A stretch of DNA of 62,062 nt, the filler included, from Choristocarpus tenellus KU-1152 (Eukaryota; Protista; Phaeophyceae), in the NCBI GenBank assembly GCA_964200185.2. It is 9 parts of 9 records of this genome, joined end to end, with 100 filler letters (N's around TTAATTAATTAA, not from the genome) between each part and the next. Parts side by side here need not be neighbours in the genome. Positions count along the whole stretch, not along the records: positions 47,947 to 54,277 come from CAXNAD020008365.1; positions 54,378 to 62,062 come from CAXNAD020005756.1; 7 more parts are not named here. The stretch is one strand, 5' to 3'. The position numbers and the translations under genes were made by a program. Positions within the stretch are counted from its first letter, which is position 1; each line of letters opens with the position of its first letter. The notes beneath the pieces were generated by a model that was not told the DNA's origin, did no database searches, and saw nothing but the letters and a program-made list of their open reading frames with translations. This document shows, piece by piece, positions 54,212 through 62,062 of this stretch.

Positions 54212-57200
54212 GTTTTTCCCCTTTTTTTGGTTTTCCCCGTTTTTGGTTGTGTTTTGGTCCACGGTGCGGGTTTGGAANNNNNNNNNNNNNNNNNNNNNNN
54301 NNNNNNNNNNNNNNNNNNNNNTTAATTAATTAANNNNNNNNNNNNNNNNNNNNNNNNNNNNNNNNNNNNNNNNNNNNGGTATAACGGTATATGACATACG
54401 GCAAAAACGGTATAATAACAGGCAAACTTGCTTTCCACTATTGGCAAAGATCCATTTTTTCGAATTTTGTCTTGGTTCGATACGACATTTGATATACGCA
54501 ATACTTGTATTACCAAATGTGTTGCACATTTGTGACAAAAGTTGCTTCTTTAGGGATTTTTCTGACCGATGAGTAGTTTTTATTAGTTTCTCCCTGACAC
54601 ATCAGGAAAATGTCAGAGGGCATCATAATAAAAATGACCAAATTATATTTGAGCCTTCAACAGCTGGGGACGGAGGTATGGAATAGGCTGGGTTGTGGGT
54701 AGCTCAAATCGTATGTGTATTTCGTCAGAAAGCGTTAGATCAAGTATATTGCGGTATACAACATATGAACAATCCAAACCTGGAAAATATGTAGCGCTTA
54801 ATACTAGCGTTTGCCATAGAGTGCTCAGTCAAATTTGGCTGTCAGCTACCAACATGGGATAGTGCTAAGATTCTACCAATTGCCCCCGCAAAAATGAGAC
54901 CTCCACCTGTACCCAACAACATTCCAAAGTGTACGGCATTTCTACTATTCCAAAATATTCTTTTCACTCACTAGATCGCTAGTCATACTACCTTCTTCGA
55001 CAAAAGAAAACCAAAATACTACCTTCATACTTCCCAGGATCCTGGAGGAACATTGTCAGGAAGAGATACTGAAAATGGGAGTGTCAGAGAAAGGGCGGGC
55101 ATCACTTTTAAGTGTGTATGAGGTCTTCAAAGGTTCACACAATCTCAGTCATATCGGTACTCAATCAAGCCATGTCAAGAACAGGGCACTGGAGCAGATG
55201 GAAGCTCAACATAAACTTGTTGACTCATTGCGGCCTCAAATTGACCATTCTGTTTACTGAAGCAAGAGTAATCACTGCAAATAGCCTCCACGTCCATTAC
55301 CACCTTTGCCTCAAGGAACAACTCTGAAACAATCACTAACTCAAAACACACCACCATCATTCCGTGATAAGACATGGCGAGGTAGGGCACGCACTGCCCT
55401 CCCTGACTGTAGCAGCAGCAGACACCAGAAACAACAAATAAATCTTGATAGATACTCCATATATTCAAAAAAGGAGTGTGACCTTGCTTGACATAATCGA
55501 CTGCAGTATATCAATCCTATGCTCCTAGACTGCTCAGTCTCTAAGGCGGCATTCTTTTGATCGCTATGTGTGCTCAGAGTTTTCAAAAAGTATGGATTGA
55601 TGATATATATTTTGACGTTGGGTCAATCCTTATATTACGTGTTGCATGGGAGGATAGCTTTAAAAAAAGTTGTGAATATGAATTCCTCACTGTGTTTTTT
55701 TTTGCTCTGCTCTCAATATCTCAACCATAACATGTGTAACTCCCTTGTACGTCCTACATAGATTTCAACCCCAATCGTACATGAAGTACCTGGTCACGGC
55801 CAACTTGGTAGCAGGGGACTTGATTCACTCACCCATTTTTTTCTGATGAGAAATTTCAAGGCCAAAGCATGTAATCCTAGTACCTTAGAAGCAGCCCTCT
55901 TCCAGTGGAGGAACGTTACCCTAACCGGGGCCAGCGTAGCATCTTCTGGTTTGGGGGAGCTACTCTACCTTACTCTAACTCAGCACCACGCAGAGGTATC
56001 TCAGCAACAAGAGATATATTACTTACTACTGTTGTTGCAAAAGAGGCAGAGACAGTCACCCCTCACCACCTGTTCTGGGCACCGTGTGGATCACAAATAG
56101 TAACCCTCGTCATCTTGGACAACTTTCAACTGCAATCCAACAAACGTTTAAAGGGAACCTCGTAAGTGGGATGTCCTTTTTTGTATTCTTTGTATAGTCC
56201 ACCATTCATTACAGAGTAAGCACTACATACAAAATGTTACAGGAAATAGCCCTGTATTAGGACTTTGCTGATCAAGTCATCGACTCATCCATAAATTATA
56301 TAGTGAGCATCATCTGCCTACATTCTTGGGCACTGAGGCTGCTGTATCATTCCTCAAGGTGAGTTACCTTGACGCTGAAATATGGAGACCCTACCAAGAC
56401 ACATTCTTCTGAAAAGAAAATAGTGTTTTTAAGAATGCCTGTGCATCAAATAGAGGCAGCAGAGGATTTGACCTACGCACCATGGACTCCTGTTGCTTCA
56501 AGGTCACCTGTGCGTCAAAAAGAGCCCTAATGGGGTTTAGCATGTGTATCAAATGAGTTTCTAGTGGCTCCAGGGAAGCCTGCCGTTCCAATCATGGCTT
56601 CAACGTCACCCTATAATGGAGGCGATGACATTTGACCATGCATGGAAGCAGTTCTTGCTTCAACGTGTGTCTGATAGGATATCCGCATATGTGTAGATTA
56701 GACTCTATTTCGTTGCGAACTTGGCCCTTTTTTCCCGTTCTTTCTCTCTTGGGATTTAATCACTCTTATTCAGGTTGTGTCACGTCCTTACACTCAACTG
56801 GATTCCTCTCACTACCGGGGGCGCTCTCATCGGCACAGGGTCCTGCCTGAGTTTGTGACAGTCGCAGGTCCAGACTGAGATCCCCCAGCCAGAAACAGCA
56901 ACCATGATCTGTTCACTGATCTTCCAGGCCAAGCATACTATCATAATCTCATCGAACAGGGATGAACTCACCCGTTCTTGTCCGTAGCTCTTGTACAAAT
57001 CTTATTCTCGGTCACTATTCGTTGCTCCTGTGAGGGACGGTATCTCGCCTCTTCAATGAGATAATTTATGTGCATGGATAGTCCTGAAGCCCGAAAGCAA
57101 CAGTAGCACAATCGACACCTGTAAAACCTACTCCTGTTTGCCGTTCGTTTGCTCACATCACCTGGAACACACTGTGCGCTTGATTGGGTTCCCCAGCCAT

Positions 57201-57324
57201 CTATAATTCGAGAGTGCAAATGTATTGCTTTTAAAATAGAAAATCCACATTGATTGTACGCTCGCCTTTTCAATCCGTTTTTTCAATGGATGCTTTTCTT
57301 GTACGCCCACATGTTTTCGACTAA

Positions 57325-58190
57325 CACTGGTATTAATTGCTTAGATGAATCCAAAACTGTTTGATCGTTTCACCTACCCCATATCCATAAGAATAATTGA
57401 GGGCAAGATTGTGCATTTCATTTTGGAGAGGTGTCAGTTACTCTTTGTCTCCTGAATGGCTTCAAAATCGTTGTTTGATCGTTCTACGTTGATGCTACCC
57501 AAACCAATCTAGTAGACTTAAGTAATAACATTCTCCAGTTTAGCATTAAAAAAATAATAATTACACATTGCTTGGATGGAATCAAAATCATTGCTTGACC
57601 ACCTTTCCTGCCCCATATCGACAATTTAGCGAAGTGTCTCAAAGAGGCACGGGAATTTCTGCACCCTTTTCACGGATTTTGTCCTTGTAACATTTCCTAG
57701 ATGGATCCTATACTCGATATTTGACCATGTTGCCGCCTGCTCACATGAGATACTAACGACGACTTGAGCGGCAACAATATACTGCAAACTACTCCAGATT
57801 AAGGTACACATTGGTGGGATGGATCCAAGATCGTCGATTTATCGTTTCGCCTATCCCAAATCCAATGGATATCAATCTTGACTTGAACGGCAACCTATAG
57901 CAGTTTCAAGCATCATGAGTGTCAGTTACACATCGCTTGCATTTATCCATAACCGTTGTTTAACCGTTCCACCGTGCTAGATACATATCCCTTGCTTGGA
58001 TCCAAAATCACTGTTTTGATGTTTCTATACTGCCATACCAATGGTGGACTAAGGAGGAATGTGTTGCAACATTATTCATAAGGGTCAGTTACACATTGCT
58101 TGGATCAATCCAAAACCATTCTTTGACTACTATACCAGCCCCATATCCAGAAGATATCAATGACGTCTTGAGCAAAAACGTTTACAGTTC
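57325..58190. repeat. Degenerate ~120-bp tandem array, about 8 units
   Basis: Recurring core GTCAGTTACACATTGCTTGGATGGATCCAAAATCGTTGTTTGATCG...CCCCATATCCA, anchored near 57351, 57463, 57583, 57708, 57825, 57947, 58001 (short unit) and 58110. Confidence 0.75.
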
Positions 58191-58194
58191 ATGA

Positions 58195-58390
58195 CATTGG
58201 TGTAAGATATACCCTGCTGAGTGGATATCCAGAAATTGCTTGCATTGGCGAGTGAGTGGATACCATAAACGGAAATTGACAGCATTCGTTTGCGAGTGGA
58301 TACCCAGAGTGGACATTGACTGCATTGGTTTGTGAGTGGATATGCGGAGATGATCAGCATTGGGGTGTGAGTAGATACACGGAAATCGAT
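58195..58390. repeat. Degenerate 35-40-bp tandem array x5
   Basis: GCATTGG-N5-GAGTGGATA motif, with GAGTRGATA at 58219, 58254, 58294, 58334 and 58369. Confidence 0.8.
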
Positions 58391-60390
58391 CGTATTGTCG
58401 GGGTGGTAAGAAGGGGGCGGTGTGACTTTGGTGTGGTAAGAAGGTAATGGCGTGGCATTAGTATCCACCCAGACAATGGTGACTGGAGTTGACAATGAAC
58501 GCAAAGGATTGCCCAAACTATCACTCGTACATCCATCCTATGCTTCAGCACTTCTTTTCCGAGCTTAGGTCTGTGCAAATAGGACAATAGTGAGGTGTAC
58601 CTTATTTTGTATATATGAGATTATTGTGTTGAGTTGAGTCCATGTGATGTAACTAATGAAATAGTAGATCCGGATTATGTATGGGATTACGTATTGGTAT
58701 TTATTACCTCCCAAGGTAAATTTGCACAAGGTCGCACGACCAAATTATCTGCTACCTCATCCCCTGTACAACAGCATCTAAACTTCCTCATCGTTCTAAG
58801 GCCGCCCTGGGCCAGCTTCGTTTCAATACAGGAGAGATCAGTGTCGGCGAATACGGATATCCCCCTTTCTTCCTCACTGATACCACGACCTGTCAAGAGT
58901 GATTTCGAAGGGAAGAAATGTCTGGCCCCTCACTCCTTTCCTCAAAGGATAGTCCGTGCCTGCATGGTCCTCACAAACCTTAACAATGTGCTCCTGCAAA
59001 TAGTTCTCCCAAAAACCTTCAAACATCCCTTGAGCAGGACGACCGCCCGCCAAGTCTTAGATGGACCTCAGGTTTGCACCCTTCACTCTGTTCAAATCCC
59101 ATCGACTGTGATACACCCGGCCAGAACTGGCTTTAGTCATCTCTCAAAACAGTCTGAATTAGACCATTAATGGTACCTAACCCCTTCACAGATTGTCGGG
59201 AGGACGCTGTCAACGTACTAGGTTGTGATGACAAGAAACTATTTCCTACCAACTTCATTCTCTACCTTCTACTATTGGAGACTAAATCGGTTGGTTGCAT
59301 CGCTTATTCAAAAACTAAGTTGTTTAGAGGATAGGTGTAGTAATTCCTGAAGAACTTCACTTACTCCTTCCTATGTTCAAAATTGGCATCGTTGCTGTCC
59401 CACTGGTAGCGTTGATAGGCGGTGGCCTCAAAGCTAATGTAAGCAACGTCCTAGGCCGAGCAGTGTGCTGTTCTATTATGGGCATTAAAACCCTCTTGAG
59501 TGCCTTAAATCATATCACAACATGACCCAACATGTATCTCAGCGGAGTATTGTCCCTAATGATTCGTCCTTCGTGGAGACTTCTCTCTGTATCGACTGCA
59601 GTGCCCTTTGGTTGGTCTGCAACTGGAATCGGTATTTTGACCACTTACACGGCTGAGGTTATGGCGGACGGTGTCGAGACGTTCCTGGAGCACCCCGCTC
59701 TTGTTAGTGTTCAACTTAAGCAAGTTGTGCAATCTCCATATCCCTGCAATGATTTACCACTGACAGATGGCGGGAAAGACACCCTTTGTTCAGCAAGGCG
59801 ATATTCCGGAGGCAGAGGTCCTGACAACACCAGCCTGGACCCGCTCCACTGAATGGTTTGTGTCGGAGGTGGGTGACTAAAACCCATTGGATGTGGTCTC
59901 AACAAGTTGTAAACTATCCTGTCGAGAGTACGTGCGATGGAAGCGGTGAAGTTTTCCCACCTCGAACTCGCACGGACTTTTGCATTGGCATTTGGGATAG
60001 TGAAGTGGCTGTTAATGCAATTCATTGCTCCGGGACGGATCGCCACGGTAGCTTATGTATACAGCAACTGGCCTTAAGAGAACTCTGGGGGGGCTTGAGT
60101 AGAATGTAGAGATTGATGGATCACCCTCGGCTTGCAACTGAGAATTGTGGCACTAGTTGTGGCCCTGCTTGTGACCCTTTCTCCGTCTTTACAGAGACAC
60201 CGAAACACTGTTTCGTCCATTCGCGATGCACCTACAACTTCGCCGTTGAACTTATGTGAGGTCCTTCGTATCTGATAAGGTGTGTTCATCGCAAGATAAT
60301 GTGCTGGGCAGATCTTCATTCCCCTCTTCCTCCAACTCACTTCCCTCCCTTTTCTCTAACGCCACTTATTTGGCTGCTCATATTATTCAG

Positions 60391-61882
60391 GGAGTGAGAT
60401 GCCACGCTTGGTTGTACCTCCCAACCTCTAGCAATGCCCCTGCTGATCGCGAGGGTAATGAACCATCTGAGAAGAAGGCCCCACCTGTTGTTATTCTTGC
60501 TCACGGCATGGGTGCGCAGAAGGTTTGTCATTATTTTGAAGTTATGGGTGGGAGTGGTGGGAATAGAAATCAAGTACTTACAATGAAAAGTTTTGCGATT
60601 ATCTTATTCCACTGACATGCCTATCTAATTTGTTGGGAGTAGGGTCTTGGGACCTACCATTGTCAAGTGATTGTTGTTGCAAACGATCGATTTTCTTCAT
60701 TGGAAAATATCACGTCAGGTGATATCAGGTGCCCCACCACAGACGTTAATGCTTTGTATTGTAACCGGTGAGCACATGATCACACGACAAATACCTCCTA
60801 GGAAGCCTTGTTGTGTAGTAATCTACTCACACACAGAGCACTCTGTAGCAATTCATACTTCTGGATTTTAACCATAAATCTTAGTCAAATTGTAAAAACT
60901 TCACTCCATGGTACTTCTACAACTATCTTCTTGAGAGGTGATTAATGAAAGTATCACTTCAATGTATAGAAGTCCGTTTTTTTTTTATCTGTGCTCTTTC
61001 GACAATTGAAAGCCCCACGAACAAAAGACCACAAAATTCTTCCTCCTTGAACTAATTACAAAACCTATTTTTAAAAAAAATGGAATTGTTGAGCTCTCTT
61101 TTTTATAATTCCTGCGACCTTCTCTCTCGAACGCGCTGCTCCACAACCGACCCAGTTCAACAGCAAAATTTCTCAAACCCATGTTTCTCATCGACCCCCC
61201 TTCTTGCAGGATTTCGGTCTCCCAACATATGCCGAGGCGTTTGCTAATCGAGGTCTCGCATCTTTTGTGTTCGACTACCGCTCCTTCGGGGGCTCTGATG
61301 GCATGCCACGCCACCTTGTGCACCCTTGGAAGTAAGGAACGAAACGCTCTATGCCCACCGCAATAGACTGCCACTGTGCTCCAGTAAATGGATTGGATAA
61401 CCAGTAAAATATTCTTGTCTCGCTATCAGGCGTCTAACTGTAGCGGGTTTTGACTTGAATATTGTACAGACGTCCCTTCTCTCTCTCTCTCTCTCTCTCT
61501 CTCTGAAAGTGCCAGACTTGTCTAGAAATAGACGCCTTCCTCTGTATTATGCATTCCTGCGTGCGGAATTAGAGAAGTTCAATACTCTCTTATGCTGGGA
61601 AGATGTGCATTTTTTTTTCTTCTTCTCGTGCGGATCTCATTTTTTTGTTTTTTTTGTTTTTGTTTTGATTTGTTTGTCTCTATTGAGTCAAGGCACATCC
61701 AAGACTATCAGTCAGCCTTGGCGCACGTGCGATCCTCCGGGCTTGACGGCCGTGTGGACACCTCTCGCTTGGGCCTCTGGGGGACTTCTTTTGCCGGGGG
61801 GCATGTCCTGGAAGTTGCTGCCACTGACGTGGCCTCCCAAGGTGGTGATGGTAATCTCGGCATCAAGGCGATAGTTTCGCAG
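60391..61882 (+). CDS. Alpha/beta-fold hydrolase (S15/FrsA/AidA-like), three internal exons
   Basis: Exons 60391-60522 (CHAWLYLP...PVVILAHGMGAQK), 61210-61331 (DFGLPTYAEAFANRGLASFVFDYRSFGGSDGMPRH) and 61693-61882 (VDTSRLGLWGTSFAGGHV...IKAIVSQ; nucleophile elbow G-T-S-F-A-G). Phases are consistent. Confidence 0.93.
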
Positions 61883-62062
61883 GTGAGACTTCTGCGTAAA
61901 TAAATATATATATATTTTTTAAATGCGAATCATGTGTATGGGTGATGCTGAGCTGGAATGAAGGAGGCGTTTAGCAAGCGTAGTGGCAACACACCCAACA
62001 ACGGGTAAAAAAAACAAAACAAAAAAAAGGGGTTGGGGTTGAAGTCACCGAGAGGAGGGGGG

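Larger units (their letters stand above)
55480..58430 (+). mobile_element. Decayed Ty3/Gypsy LTR retrotransposon (RT-RNaseH-integrase relic, 3' UTR arrays, PPT)
   Basis: Ordered plus-strand remnants: VLRVFKKYGL (55570), NFKAKACNPSTL...VTLTGASVASSGLGELL (55850-55965; cf. TDAS..GLGAVL), ISATRDILLTTVVA (~56000; cf. YS..E.ELLAVV), SWALRL (~56325), GTVSRLFNEIIYVHG.PE (57034-57090; integrase core). PPT-like AAGAAGGGGGCGG|TGTGAC at 58408-58426. Confidence 0.6.

Noticed and set aside
58940-58990. RIVRACMVLTNL resembling the Harbinger transposase I..AC..LHN motif
   Set aside because: Single short motif with no recognisable upstream DDE motifs.
59532-60260. Candidate first exons of the alpha/beta hydrolase (e.g. 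MEAVKFSHLEL..., WITLGLQLRIVALVVALLV...)
   Set aside because: Several alternatives exist and none links unambiguously by splice phase. Left unannotated.
236-61903. Most short ORFs in the six-frame track
   Set aside because: They arise from microsatellites (CVCV, THTH, LGLG), linkers (X runs), antisense frames of real exons or intronic chance. Single-ORF calling does not suit a spliced genome.
1-62062. tRNA, rRNA or hammerhead ribozyme genes
   Set aside because: Isolated GGTTCGATCC (49616) and CTGATGA matches lack the surrounding structure. A covariance-model scan (tRNAscan-SE/Infernal) would be needed to exclude them formally.

Overview
This is eukaryotic, intron-rich nuclear DNA, not a prokaryotic locus. 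Nine contigs are concatenated by an artificial 100-nt linker (44N-TTAATTAATTAA-44N): 1-4057, 4158-10175, 10276-22623, 22724-30960, 31061-34908, 35009-41828, 41929-47846, 47947-54277 and 54378-62062. Adjacency across linkers has no biological meaning. A bipartite-type plastid presequence, TTAGGG repeats, many introns of 0.3-2.6 kb and a restriction-like-endonuclease (RLE) retroelement resembling those I recall from brown algae suggest a photosynthetic stramenopile, probably a brown alga or relative (inference). By hand-splicing I find eight partial genes: an ankyrin + coiled-coil protein, an orphan C-terminus, a myosin motor, a possible beta-propeller protein head-to-head with a plastid-targeted FAD oxidoreductase (CRTISO/phytoene-desaturase-like), farnesyl diphosphate synthase, RsfS/Iojap, and a bacterial-type alpha/beta hydrolase. 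The rest is TE relics and microsatellites. I found no convincing new multi-gene system. The most notable observations are (i) about a third of inferred 3' splice sites are AAG rather than YAG, (ii) a MITE family with 4-bp TSDs and Sola2-like termini plus a poly-G sister family at four contig ends, (iii) a TWA-flanked Harbinger-like repeat, and (iv) a decayed Gypsy element carrying tandem arrays before its PPT. All exon boundaries were read by eye, without RNA-seq.
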